Source: an uncultured Alphaproteobacteria bacterium (GTDB lineage Bacteria; Pseudomonadota; Alphaproteobacteria; Rhizobiales; Xanthobacteraceae). From it: 15,805 nucleotides of DNA. Location of the stretch: positions 1-15,805 of the forward strand of contig CAWFLM010000012.1 of the NCBI GenBank assembly GCA_963816565.1, read 5' to 3'. The notes beneath the pieces are model-generated. The model was not told where the DNA came from and ran no database searches. It saw only the letters and a program-made list of their open reading frames with translations. Position 1 is the first letter of the stretch. Every line of letters starts with the position of its first letter. This document shows positions 1 through 9,974 of the stretch, piece after piece. Position numbers and translations under genes: made by a program.

Positions 1-67
1 TCTTTTTGCGGGACGGCCTTATTTGCTTCGCGACCGTCTTGGCGCCCGCGCTCTTAGTTGCTGCCAT
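1..67 (-). CDS. Start (first about 22 codons) of an unidentified gene running off the window edge. The N-terminus reads MAATKSAGAKTVAKQIRPSRKK.
   Basis: The reverse complement of 1-67 reads ATG GCA GCA ACT AAG .... It is preceded by GGTGGAGATAGAT, a GGAGA-like RBS about 7 nt upstream. It is too short to appear in the ORF track. It does not look like the acidic RpoD N-terminus that often follows dnaG. Confidence 0.2.
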   Translation of the reverse strand, partial: MAATKSAGAKTVAKQIRPSRKK

Positions 68-367
68 ATCTATCTCCACCAAGCCTGTCCGTACCAAGCG
101 GGCTTCGCGCCTTTGCCCCAAACTACGCCCCTACCCTATGGTCATGCGCCACACCGGGTAGACGGGTCCTTCCCTTGTGCCGAAGGCCAACGCACAAAGC
201 CCTCGAGCGGACGGCCAAAAGGGGCAGCGCCGACCGTAGCAGATGCCGCCCGAATCGAGAGGCTTTCAGTCTTCGCGGAACTCCGTTAAGCTCCGACTAA
301 CCCTGTTCGCCGCGCCCCGCGGTCTCCTTATTATTCGGCCACCCTGGCGTCCAGAGCCAGCGCCAAA

Positions 368-2378
368 CTAGAGCGCGCGCGTCGGACGGCCGGATTCGTT
401 GCCGAAACCCTCAATTAATGCCTCGGTACCCTCGAGGGTCGACAGCCGGGACTTCACGTCGCGCAGACGAGAATAATTAGCCTCGCTGTTGTCCTGTCCG
501 AGCGCCAATTCTGCGTCCTTAAGTTCCCTAGTTAGGGAATGCCACTGCCGATGCAAGGCAAGAAGCTGCTTCCAGGTCTGCAAAACATCGCCGGAACCCG
601 CTTCAGGCCTCGCGACCCAGACCGAGGGCGTGGTGATCGACCGCTCAACCCGCGCGAGAAGGTCCGCGAAGCCCCGGCGCGTGAGTTCCACAAGGAGCCT
701 CGCACGTCCTGCTCGCGGGACTGACCCGATTCCGCGTCCGGAGGCCTGTCCCGGCCCTCACCGAAATGATGCGCAAGAACGTCGATCAGCGCGGCTTTGA
801 GCCGGTTCGCATCGCCGTGGCGGAACTCGGTTTCGGCGAGTTCCTCGAGGCGATCGTGCAGCAGCGAAGGATGATTGAGCGCCGCCTGCAGGATCAGCGC
901 CTCCCGCAGCGGAATGGCGGTGCGGTGGCCCCGGTGCAGCGGGCTCGCCGCGAGCTGCGGGCTCGCGGTCACGTATCCGCGGCCATAGGCCATGCGGGGC
1001 GAATAGGTCGGCGTCCCCGCGTTCGGCGATCGCGGTCCTGCGGTCGCCGCGCTCACCGCCGCGTCCGCGATCGTTCCAGCTGCCGCGGCGCGTATTGGCA
1101 CCTCGACCGGCGCAAACAGCGCCCGGAGCCTCGCGGCGAAGTCGGAGCGGTAATAGCGGCGTACGGTTTCGTCGGCGATGGTGTTCGTCACCTCGATCAG
1201 CCGCGCTTCGAGCGCGGCACGCCGCTCGGGGGTTGCGAAGGTGCCGGCTTCTGTCTCGCGCGTCCACAGCACGTCGGCGAGCGGCCGGGCGGCGCCCAGC
1301 ACATCCTCGATTGCCTCGCGTCCGCCGGAACGCACCAGATCGTCGGGATCCTGTCCGTCCGGCAGTGCTGCGAGCTTGAGGCTTTTGCCCGGCTTGATCA
1401 GCGGCAGCGCGACATCCAGCGCGCGATACGCCGCGCGTTTGCCGGCATCGTCGCCGTCGAAGCACAGCATCGGTTCGTCGGCCATCCGCCACATCAGCGC
1501 AAGCTGCTCGGCGGTGAGCGCGGTGCCAAGCGGCGCGACGGTGGCCTCGAAGCCCGCCGTCACCATGGCGATGACGTCGATATAGCCTTCGACCGCGATG
1601 ACGCGCCCGCCTTCATGCGCGGCCTTGCGCGCCGTTGCGATGTTGTAAAGCGTGGCGCCTTTGTGAAAGAGCGGCGTCTCGGGCGAATTCAGATATTTCG
1701 CCGACATTTCCTTGTCGAGCGCGCGGCCGCCGAACGCGATCACCCGTCCGCGCCAGTCGCTGATCGGAAACATCACGCGGTCGCGGAAGCGGTCATACGG
1801 CACCGGGATATCTTCGCCGGCGACCAGCAGCCCCGCCTCGACCATGTCCTCGACCGAAATCTTCGCGGCGCCGAGATGCTCCTTGAGCGCGTATTGCTCG
1901 CCCGACGCATAGCCGAGCCGAAACTGCAACTGCGTCGCCGAGGCGAAATGCCGCGGTCGGCGAGATAGCCGCGGCCGCGCGCGCCGGTGCGCGCCGCGAG
2001 ATTGGCCTCGAAAAATTTTGCCGCCAGATCGACGATGTCGTGCAGCGACTTGCGGCGCTCCTCGTAAGCCTGCGCTTCGCGCGTCATCACCGGCAGGGGC
2101 ACGCCGGCCTGCCCGGCCAGCCGCTCGACCGCCTCGGGGAAGCTCACCCCTTCGGTCGCCATCACAAAATCGAAAATGTTGCCGTTCTTGCCGGAGGAGA
2201 AGTCAAACCACATCGCCTTCTGGTCATTGACGAAGAACGACGGCGTTTTCTCCTTGTTGAAGGGCGACAGCCCTTTCCACTCGCGGCCGGCTTTGCGCAA
2301 TTTGATGCGCTGGCCGACGACTTCCGAAACCGGAAGCCGCGCCCGCAGTTCATCGAGGAATTGCGGAGAAAATCGCAT
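368..2378 (-). CDS. dnaG: DNA primase DnaG. It is split over at least 3 frames here.
   Basis: ORF 1773-2378 (-) carries the N-terminal zinc-binding domain (MRFSPQFLDELRARLPVSEVVG...WFDFSSGKNGNIFDFVMATEGVSF). ORF 532-1929 (-) carries the TOPRIM/catalytic core (VIAVEGYIDVIAMVTAGFEATVAPLGTALT, CFDGDDAGKRAAYRA). ORF 368-691 (-) carries the C-terminal helper region. Frame breaks fall near 1930 and 700. Confidence 0.9.
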
Positions 2379-2492
2379 GGTGATTCGGGGAGCTTATCGC
2401 GGAAGCGGGCCAAATAGGGGGCGGCCGGCCCGTCAGGCCGCCTCCGGGCCGATTGTCCCGGTTATCCACAGGCAAACAAGGTGCGGGCCGGA

Positions 2493-2955
2493 TTACCCGG
2501 CGAGCAGTTCTTCACCATCGCGCTGGCCTTGCCGAAATCCATCTGTCCGGAGAAGCGTTCCTTGAGCGCCGTCATGGTGCGGCCCATGTCCTTGAGCGTG
2601 GCCGCTTCGAGTTCCTTGATCAGCGACGAGATCGCCTCGCCCGCTTCGACGTCGGACAAGCTGCTTCGGCAGGTATCCGGAGATGATCGTCGATCTCCTC
2701 GCGCTCCTGGTCGGCGAGTTCGGCGCGTCCGGCTTTCTCGTAGATTTCGAGCGATTCCTGCCGCTGCTTGATCATCTTGCCCATAACGTCGAGGATTTCG
2801 GCATCGCTGAGCGTGAGCGCGTTCCGCGGCGCTGGTCTCGCGCTTCAATATCTCGGCATTGATCAGGCGCAGCGTCGAAATGCGGCGCTTGTCGCCTGCC
2901 TTCATTGCGGTCTTTGAGGGCGTTGTTGATATCGTCGCGCAACACGGCTATGGCC
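2493..2955 (-). CDS. GatB/YqeY domain-containing protein. It is frameshifted; the true stop appears to be TAA at 2493-2495.
   Basis: ORF 2462-2905 (-) reads MKAGDKRRISTLRLINAEI...GEAISSLIKELEAATLKDMGRTMTALKERFSGQMDFGKASAMVK, the typical YqeY C-terminus. Upstream in another frame it reads ...LRDDINNALKD. A 1-nt deletion near the 3' end turns ...MVKELLAG* into ...MVKNCSPG.... The position upstream of dnaG matches Nitrobacteraceae synteny. Confidence 0.75.
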
Positions 2956-3014
2956 TCATGCAATTCGCAAAATCGCCCGCACGGCGGGCGGCGCGCGCAC
3001 GATGATGTAGGCGC

Positions 3015-4239
3015 TTGCCGATGTTGACACAACCGCAGACCCGGCAGCTCTGGGACGATCCCGCGCCGACGGCGCTGCTCGTGCTGGCCGACGGCACCGT
3101 GCTCGAAGGCTTGGGCTTCGGCGCGACCGGCCATGCCGTCGGCGAAGTCTGCTTCAATACCGCGATGACCGGTTACGAGGAAATCCTCACCGATCCGTCC
3201 TATGCCGGCCAGATCATCACCTTCACCTTTCCGCATATCGGCAATGTCGGCACCAACGAGGAGGACATCGAGACCGTCAACCTCGCGGCGACGCCAGGCG
3301 CGCGCGGCGTCATTCTGCACTCGCCGATCACCGCGCCGTCGAATTATCGCGCCACGCGCCATCTCGATGCCTGGCTCAAGAGCCGCGGCGTCATCGGGCT
3401 TTCGCGGCATCGACACCCGCGCGCTCACCGCGCTTCATCCGCAAGAACGGCATGCCGAACGCGGTGATCGTCCACGAGCCGTCCGGCCGCTTCGATCTCG
3501 ATGAGCTCAAGCGCGAAGCGAGGCAATGGCCGGGACTGGTCGGCATGGACCTCGTGCCGATGGTGACTTCCGGCCAGCGCTTCACCTGGCAGGAGACGCC
3601 GTGGGTCTGGGGCGAAGGCTACGGCGAAATGCGCGACGCCGGAATTTCACGTCGTCGCCATCGATTACGGCATCAAGCGCAACATTCTGCGCCAGCTCGC
3701 CGGCAGTCGTTGCAGGGTGACGGTGGTGCCGGCGCAGACGTCGGCCGCCGACATTCTGGCGCTCAAGCCGGACGGCATTTTTCTCTCCAACGGCCCCGGC
3801 GATCCGGCCGCGACCGGCGAATATGCCGTGCCGGTGATCCGCACCCTGATCGAGCAAAAGCCGGTGTTCGGCATCTGCCTCGGCCACCAGATGCTGGGCC
3901 TCGCGCTCGGCGGCCAAGACCATGAAGATGCATCAGGGCCATCACGGCGCGAACCATCCGGTGAAGGATCTCGCGACCGGCAAGGTCGAGATCACCTCGA
4001 TGAATCACGGCTTCGCGGTCGACCGCGCCAGCCTGCCGCCGAACGTCGTGGAAACCCACGTCTCGCTGTTCGACGGCTCCAATTGCGGGCTCGCGCTCAA
4101 GGACCGGCCGGTATTCTCGGTTCAGTACCATCCCGAGGCGTCGCCCGGCCCGCGCGACAGCCACGGGCTGTTCAAGCGGTTTGTCGACCTGATGCGGGAG
4201 TTCAAACGGAGCTTGAGCGCGGGCAAAATCCGGGCCTGA
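3015..4239 (+). CDS. carA: Carbamoyl-phosphate synthase small (glutamine amidotransferase) subunit CarA. It needs about 3 frame shifts.
   Basis: ORF 3015-3467 reads [40 protein letters not shown]...[33 protein letters not shown], the CPSase small-chain N-domain. The pieces at 3452-3925 and 3717-4529 carry the GATase domain ([43 protein letters not shown]). ORF 3922-4239 reads [14 protein letters not shown]...MNHGFAV...[26 protein letters not shown]. Confidence 0.92.
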
Positions 4240-4304
4240 GGTCAGACAATTTCAACCCCATATCGGCTAAAATGACCGAGCCGCCTCGGCGAGACGAACA
4301 TACC

Positions 4305-4816
4305 ATGCCGACCCCCAGCCCGCGTTCCGTGCCGATCACCCATAAATTCGCCGACGACGGAACGATCCCGAACAATCCGGTGCTGCCGTTGGTGATGTAC
4401 CGCGGCGGGCATCGATCTCGCCGGCTCGCCCGACCCGGAGGAGATCGATCGAGAAGACCTTCGCCGCGAACGGCTGGGGCGGGATGTGGCGCAACGGCGT
4501 TTATCCTTACGTCCACTATCATTCGATGATTCACGAGGCGATGGGCGATCGCGCGCGGTCGCGCCAGGGTCCGCTTCGGCGGCGACAAGGGCGGGAGATC
4601 GATATCGCGCCCGGCGATGTCGTCGTGCTGCCGGCCGGCACCGGCCACCAGGGCCTGAGCCAAACGCCGGACCTTGTCGTGATCGGCAGCCTATCCGCCG
4701 AGTCGGCAAATACAATCTCTGCCGCGGCAGCAAGGCGGAACACGCAGGCGCTCGACTCGATTCCCGCGTGCCGCTGCCGCAGACCGATCCGGTGTTCGGC
4801 GCCGAAGGCCCGCTGA
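4305..4816 (+). CDS. Small cupin-domain protein, frameshifted.
   Basis: It reads [35 protein letters not shown]. After a shift it continues ...[24 protein letters not shown]...[33 protein letters not shown]. The G-x5-HxH-like motif and PAGxxH motif are typical of cupins. The 3' end is uncertain. Confidence 0.55.
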
Positions 4817-4823
4817 TCGCACT

Positions 4824-5529
4824 GTGGCGGGCATGATCACCGACTGGCTGGCGTTCTGGGACGGTCCGCATTTCATTTACGTCAGCGCGCGCCACAAGGA
4901 TGTCCACTATCGCCTGATCGCGAAAGAGATCGCGGCGCTGGTCCCCGGCCCCGACGCACGCGTGCTCGATTACGGCTCGGGCGAGGCGCTGCACGCCGAC
5001 CTCGTCGCTGACGCCGCCGGCGAACTCTTGCTGTGCGAAGCGGCCGCCAGCGTGCGCGCGGGCCTCGAAAAGCGTTTTGCCGGACAACCCGAAAATCCGC
5101 GTCGATCGCGCCGCACGAAATCGCGCGGCTGCCCGAGCACTCGCTCGACCTGATCGTCATGCACTCGGTCGCTGCAGTATGTGACGCCGGCCGGCGCCGG
5201 CGTGCTGTTCGCGCTGTTTCACCGCATTTTGAAATCCGACGGCCTGCTCGTGGTGAGCGACGTCATCCAGCCGCAGACCGCTGCCGCGACCGATGCGTTT
5301 CGCTGCTGCGGTTCGGCATGGCCAACAGATTTTTCTTTGCCGCGCTGTGGGGCCTCGCGCGCACGCTGTTGTCGGATTACTGGCGGCTGCGCTCGCAACT
5401 CGGGCTGACGCGCTATGCCCAGGCGCCATGATCGAGAAACTCAGCGCCGCCGGCTTCACCGCGGAACGCGCGCCGGCCAATATCGGGCACAATCAGGAAC
5501 GCCGGACCTACTACGCGCGTCCGCGCTAG
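4824..5529 (+). CDS. Class I SAM-dependent methyltransferase, frameshifted.
   Basis: It reads MAGMITDWLAFWDGPHFIYVSARHKDVHYRLIAKEIAALVPGPDARVLDYGSGEALHADLV, which is motif I VLDYGSGEA. It continues in other frames with ...LDLIVMHSVAQYVTPAGAGVLFALFHRILKSDGLLVVSDVIQP...MIEKLSAAGFTAERAPANIGHNQERRTYYARPR*. Confidence 0.65.
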
Positions 5530-5535
5530 ACCCGT

Positions 5536-6776
5536 TCAGGCGACCGCTGCGAGCGCGCGCATGCGCGCCTGATCCACCAAGGCTCCGTTGCTTGATGACA
5601 TGCGCCGGCGGTTCGTGAAAGCGCAGCGCCTCGATGACGTCGGGTTGGTTCAGCACGACAAGGTCGGCCACCGCTCCCTCGGTCAACCGGAAGCCCGGAA
5701 GGTTGATGGCGGTGGCCGCGTCGACCGTGATCATGTCGTAGAGCTTTTCGACATCCTGCCGCGTCATCATCCATAACAGGTGCGAGGCGAGGAACGCGAC
5801 TTCCAGCATGTTGTTGCGGCCGAACGCGTAGTAGGCGTCGGAAATATCGTCCTGGCCGAGGCAGACGACGACGCCCTCGGCCAGCAATTCCTTGACGCGC
5901 GCGTGCAACGGACCGGTGTGCGGATCGGTCACGACAGCGATCCGCGCCGCACGCAAAAGCCGCGCGAGCCGCTGCACATAGGGCATCGGATAAAGGCTCA
6001 TCGCCCGGCAATGGTGCGCGAGCGCGCGGCCGTGCCAGCCGCGCTCGATGGTCTCGACCGCCATCATTTCCAGCGTGCGCAAACCGGGATCGCCGGCATC
6101 GTCAAGAAGCATGGAAACGTCCTTGTCGAATTTTTGCGCAAGATCGAAACAGGCTTTCACGTGCTTCGCGGCATCGGCCGTCGGTAAACTCGATCCACGG
6201 AATGCCGCCGACCACATCGGCGCCGAGCGCCATCGCCTCGCTGCATCAGTTCGAGCGCGCCCGGCTCGCGGACGATGCCGTCCTGGGCGAAGGCGACGAT
6301 TTGCAGATCGACAATGCCGCGGAATTCGTCGCGAACGCGAATGAGCGCCTTCACGCCTTCAAGACGCGCCTTGCCGTCAACGTCGGCAAAAGCACGAATG
6401 TGCAAGTTGCCGTGAAGCGCCGCCAGCGCCACGGCGCGGCGCGCATTTTCGACGATCCAGGATTTCCGCGTATTTTTCTTTGATCTTGCTGGCGAGTTCG
6501 ATGCCGGCCATCGCTTTGCCCATCGCCTCGCCCTGATAGGACTTGAGCGCTTCCTCCTCCATCATCGGCAAGCGTCCACACCTTGCACAGATGCAGGTGC
6601 GGATTGACGAAGGATTCGGTCACCAGATTGCCGCCGGCGTCGATCTCCGTCGTTCCGCGGCGATCGAGATTTTCACCGATAGCAACGATGCGGCCGTTCT
6701 TGATGCCGATCTCGGCAAGCCGATCGCGGCCGCGGAGCCGGGCACGGCGGATGGCGATGTCGAACGGCTGATCCAT
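5536..6776 (-). CDS. Amidohydrolase-superfamily protein, cytosine-deaminase/AtzC-like. It is split over 3 ORFs.
   Basis: The N-terminal ORF 6351-6776 (-) reads MDQPFDIAIRRARL...GGNLVTESFVNPHLHLCKVWTL, an HxH metal-binding motif. The middle ORF is 6157-6432 (-). The C-terminal ORF 5456-6217 (-) reads ...IAVVTDPHTGPLHARVKELLAEGVVVCLGQDDISDAYYAFGRNNMLEVAFLASHL.... A likely true C-terminus ...VIKQ-GALVDQARMRALAAVA* in the alternate frame ends near 5536. Confidence 0.8.
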
Positions 6777-7042
6777 TGCTCGATTTTAGTTCAAGGCGCT
6801 GCGAAAGCTTCTTGCTGCTAAAAGCCGACATATACCCCGGTCGTGGTGTATTTCCACCAAAGCGAAACTCTATTCTCGATCTCTTAGTTGCTCCGACCGC
6901 ACTATTTCCCCTGAGACAGGGAGCTTGCATGGTATTGCGCATTCTCACGGTCTGTCGCATCGTGATTTTAAGGATTTAGCGACCAGCTTTCCGCGTGCTC
7001 GGCGGCGATTCAACGATGGGTCCGATCAATTGACCGTATCCG

Positions 7043-8106
7043 ATGCAAAAAATGGGCTGCCCCCGTCCCACAAGCGGTGGTTCAACCCCTGACCCGCGCC
7101 GCGATCTTTCTGATCGTGACCATAAATCCTGGCGTCGAAAATCGTGCGGCCGTCCGGTCATTCTGCGGAGACCTGCCGGCGCTCCTTCGCGCCGTGGGTT
7201 TCCGCGACATCGAAGGCGAGCTTGTCCTGCGTCCTCGGATTTGGATCGGATGCGTGGGACAGGCTTTTCGGCACGCCGCGGCCGGCCGAGCTGCATCCGT
7301 TCCGCGAAATCAAGGCCGGTCCCCGCCATGCCGTCGCCACGCCCGGCGACATGCTGTTTCACATCCGCGCCAAGCGCATGGATCTCTGCTTCGAGCTGGC
7401 CACCCAGATCATGGCGCGGCTCAAAGATGCGGTTTCGCCCGTCGACGAGGTACACGGCTTTAGATATTTCGATGACCGTGATCTGGTCGGATTTGTCGAC
7501 GGAACGGAAAATCCGACGGATCAAGCGGCACTCGACGCCGCACTCGTCGAGCCTGGAGGACGCCGCGTTTGCCGGCGGCAGCTACGTGATCGTGCAAAAA
7601 TACTTGCATGATCTGGCCGGCTGGAACGCGCTATCCACCGAAGCTCAGGAACGCATCATCGGCCGCACCAAGCTTTCAGACATCGAGCTTGATGACGCTG
7701 TCAAACCAACATGCGCTCACAATGCGCTCACCACGATCGTGGAGGACGGCAAGGAAGTAAAGATCGTTCGCGACAACATGCCGTTCGGCTCGGTGGCGAA
7801 GGCGGAGTTCGGGACCTATTTCATCGGTTACGCTCGTTCGCCCCGAACGATCGAGCAAATGCTGGTGAATATGTTCGTCGGCCGGCCTCCTGGCAATTAT
7901 GACCGGTTGCTGGATTTCAGCCGCGCTGTAAGCGGCAGTCTTGTTCTTCGCGCCGTCGGCGACGTTCCTGGAGAATGTCGCGGACGACGAGCCCGTGGCG
8001 CCTTTGCCGCCGCGCTGCGGTTGCGGCGCCGGCGCAACCGGCGGCATCTGCGCGCGATGGATCGCTCGGTATTGGTTCCCTCAAAGGAGATCCTCCTCAT
8101 GAATAA
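7043..8106 (+). CDS. Dyp-type peroxidase, encapsulin cargo, with a C-terminal targeting peptide. It needs about 4 frame shifts and the 5' start is uncertain (7043-7077).
   Basis: Frame 0 reads ...AVVQPLTRAAIFLIVTINPG...LRAVGFRDIEGELV. Frame 1 (ORF 7144-7611) reads ...LHPFREIKAGPRHAVATPGDMLFHIRAKRMDLCFELATQIMARL...VDEVHGFRYFDDRDLVGFVDGTENPTD, the DyP GXXDG motif. Frame 2 reads ...GGSYVIVQKYLHDLAGWNALSTEAQERIIGRTK...GTYFIGYARSPRTIEQMLVNMFVGRPPGNYDRLLDFSRAVSGSL. Frame 0 then reads SLFFAPSATFLENVADDEPVAP. Frame 1 ends ...PAQPAASARDGSLGIGSLKGDPPHE* with TAA at 8104-8106. SLGIGSLKG is the canonical encapsulin cargo-loading peptide. Confidence 0.88.
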
Positions 8107-8938
8107 TCTTTACCGCGAGCTTGCTCCGATCTCAGACGCGGCGTGGTCTCAGATCGAGGAGGAGACCTCCCGCACGTTCAAGCGCTACCTCGCCGGACGG
8201 CGCGTCGTTGACATGCAGGGTCCGGGCGGTGTCGCGCTTCCGGCCATCGGCACCGGCCATTTGCGCGATATTAAAGCGTCCGGCGACGGCATCATCTCGC
8301 GCCAGCGCGAGGTGAAAGCGCTGGTCGAACTGCGCGTACCCTTCGAGCTTAGTCGCCAGCAGATCGACGATGTCGAGCGCGGCGCTAACGACTCAGACTG
8401 GCAGCCCGCGAAGGACGCCGCGCAGAGGATAGCCTTTGCGGAAGATCGCGCCATATTCGAAGGCTATGTCGCCGGCGGAATCGGCGGCATCCGGGAAGGG
8501 ACCAGCAATCCAGTGACGGCGCTTCCAGCCGACGTGCGCGCCTACCCGGACGCCATCGCCAAAGCGGTAAGCCAGTTGCGTCTGGTCGGCGTCAACGGTC
8601 CATATTCCGTGCTGCTCAGCGCCGATGCCTACACCAGCCTCAGCGAGACCAGCGATCACGGTTATCCGGTACTTGACCACGTCAAACGTCTGGTGGATGG
8701 CGAAATTATATGGGCGCCGGCAATCGCGGGCGCATTCGTGCTGACAACCCGCGGCGGCGATTTCGGCCTGTACATCGGCCAGGACGTATCGATCGGCTAT
8801 CTGAGCCACACCGAAGCAGTCGTCCGCCTTTACCTACAGGAGACATTCACTTTTCTCTTGCTCACGACGGAAGCTGCTGTCGCGTTAGCTCCCCCTGCGG
8901 ACGCGCGGTCGAATCCCGCTCAGCGAAAGCAGCGCTGA
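8099..8938 (+). CDS. Family 1 encapsulin nanocompartment shell protein (HK97 fold). It is the only long gene here that reads through without frame breaks.
   Basis: It reads MNNLYRELAPISDAAWSQIEEETSRTFKRYLAGRRVVDMQGP...DDVERGANDSDWQPAKDAAQRIAFAEDRAIFEGY...VGVNGPYSVLLSADAYTSLSETSDHGYPVLDHVKRL...EIIWAPAIAGAFVLTTRGGDFGLYIGQDVSIGYLSHTEAVVRLYLQETFTF. This matches characterised DyP-associated encapsulins end to end. Its ATG at 8099 overlaps the DyP stop (cATGAATAA). The last about 14 aa (PADARSNPAQRKQR) may be a read-through of a frame error. Confidence 0.92.
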   Translation: MNNLYRELAPISDAAWSQIEEETSRTFKRYLAGRRVVDMQGPGGVALPAIGTGHLRDIKASGDGIISRQREVKALVELRVPFELSRQQIDDVERGANDSDWQPAKDAAQRIAFAEDRAIFEGYVAGGIGGIREGTSNPVTALPADVRAYPDAIAKAVSQLRLVGVNGPYSVLLSADAYTSLSETSDHGYPVLDHVKRLVDGEIIWAPAIAGAFVLTTRGGDFGLYIGQDVSIGYLSHTEAVVRLYLQETFTFLLLTTEAAVALAPPADARSNPAQRKQR

Positions 8939-9061
8939 TCCATCGAGATCAGCGCATTCGCTTCCGAACGAAAGCTGCAGTCGTCGTGATGGAGAAGAGC
9001 CAACAAAGAGTAACTTGTCGACAAAAGATTTATAAGCTCCGCCCCAAAAAGACGTCCAAAA

Positions 9062-9112
9062 AGACTTGCCCAAAAAGAAGAGGTCGCCTGCGATATTTTT
9101 CGCAAGCGACCT
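9062..9112 (-). terminator. Rho-independent terminator for paralog A on the minus strand.
   Basis: Plus-strand AGGTCGCCTGCG (9081-9092), loop ATATTTTT, then CGCAAGCGACCT (9101-9112). This is a 12-bp stem with 1 mismatch. On the minus strand it is followed by CTTCTTTTTGGGCAAGTCTTTTTGGACGTCTTTTTGGGG, which gives three T5 runs. It lies 37 nt after the gene A stop. Confidence 0.6.
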
Positions 9113-9148
9113 TCATTGTCATCCGACGCAGGCGACATGTCGGCGTCT

Positions 9149-9941
9149 TTAGTTCTTCGCCTGCCCGTTGGCCTTCAGAAAGTCCTGATAGGTGAGGCCC
9201 GCGTAGTTCGGCGTGGTCGGCGCTTGCGTTGCGTCGGCAGCCGGCGCCACAGGCGCTGCGTCGATGGATTTGCTGCCGGCCGGCGACACCGGGGTCGTGT
9301 CGGACAGGCCCCACCGACCGGCGCGCTGGCCGCTTCTTTGGTGAAGACTCGGCAAACACCACTAGGCCATCCTGCGTGTAAGCCTTGGTCAGGCAGGTGC
9401 ACGGACCGGGCGAAGCCACAGACACCGGGGCCGCATCCGCGAGTTCACCAGCAACCGTATCGATAGATACAGCGACCATCACGGAGAATCCAGTGCCCGT
9501 GACCATTGAATGCCCAGCCGGGTTGACCCGGGAAACCTGGACGGCCGGGATAGCCTGGACGGCCCGGATTGAGGATCGGAAGGCCAACCGTGCGACCGCC
9601 GCCACCGTTGTAGCCGCCTGTGCCAGTGCCGACGCGGCCACCGTTACCGGTACCAGTACCGACCTGGCCACCATTGTTGCCGGCGGTGCCGAGACCGCTG
9701 CCGGCGCGCTGCTGTTGCCGAAGTTGTTAGCGGAAACGGTGCTGTACTGTACCGGAAACTGAGCTGGCGCCGAAGGCGCGTACCGCTGGCGGTCTTGTCC
9801 GCGAGACACTGTGGTTGACGCCGCTGCCGCGACTGGCATTACCGCCGCCGCTGGAACCACGGGCATAAGATTCGCTAGATGAAACGAGGCAACGGTGATC
9901 GTGGCCGCGGCTGCAAGGCTGAGGATGAGGGTGCGTGACAT
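9149..9941 (-). CDS. Paralog A of a secreted Gly/His-rich, Cys-containing protein of unknown function. It carries a signal peptide and several 1-nt indels.
   Basis: The ATG at 9939-9941 sits behind GGAGAAC-N6. The N-terminus MSRTLILSLAAAATITVASF is a Sec signal peptide. Alternate frames give a Gly-rich region (GSGLGTAGNNGGQVGTGTGNGGRVGTGTGGYNGGGG), a collagen-like PGRPGYPGRPGFPGQPG stretch, then GWAFNGHGHWILRDGR, then ...ELADAAPVSVASPGPCTCLTKAYTQDGLVVFAES-TKEAASAPVGGA..., and the C-terminus ...DAAPVAPAADATQAPTTPNYAGLTYQDFLKANGQAKN* (ORF 9149-9355). The 303-aa ORF 9030-9941 is an artefactual read-through. Confidence 0.6.
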
Positions 9942-9974
9942 CGTTGTTCTCCAGGGTCCGAGTAAGGGAAAGGG

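Noticed and set aside
758-1968. A 244-aa Arg-rich minus ORF and a 400-aa plus ORF overlapping dnaG.
   Set aside because: These are alternate or antisense frames of a GC-rich gene. They have Arg/Ala/Gly-rich nonsense composition, and clear DnaG homology occupies the same DNA.
2408-2440. The GGCGGCC-n9-GGCCGCC hairpin between dnaG and yqeY, considered as a terminator.
   Set aside because: There is no T-tract on either strand. The two genes are co-directional and probably co-transcribed. GC-rich stems like this are common by chance here.
49-6894. An exact 12-mer ctcttagttgct shared between 49-60 and 6883-6894.
   Set aside because: The expected number of chance 12-mer matches in a 15.8-kb GC-biased window is more than 1, and there is no extended similarity around it.
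7043-8938. A single 631-aa ORF that would be a DyP-encapsulin fusion protein.
   Set aside because: The DyP homology moves across three frames. The correct DyP frame ends in the targeting peptide with a TAA overlapping the encapsulin ATG. The long ORF exists only because one wrong-frame segment happens to lack stops.
9030-9941. A 303-aa minus ORF taken as the true product of paralog A.
   Set aside because: Only the first about 20 aa (the signal peptide) and a short middle piece are in the right frame. Comparison with paralog B shows the true protein jumps frames and ends at 9149.
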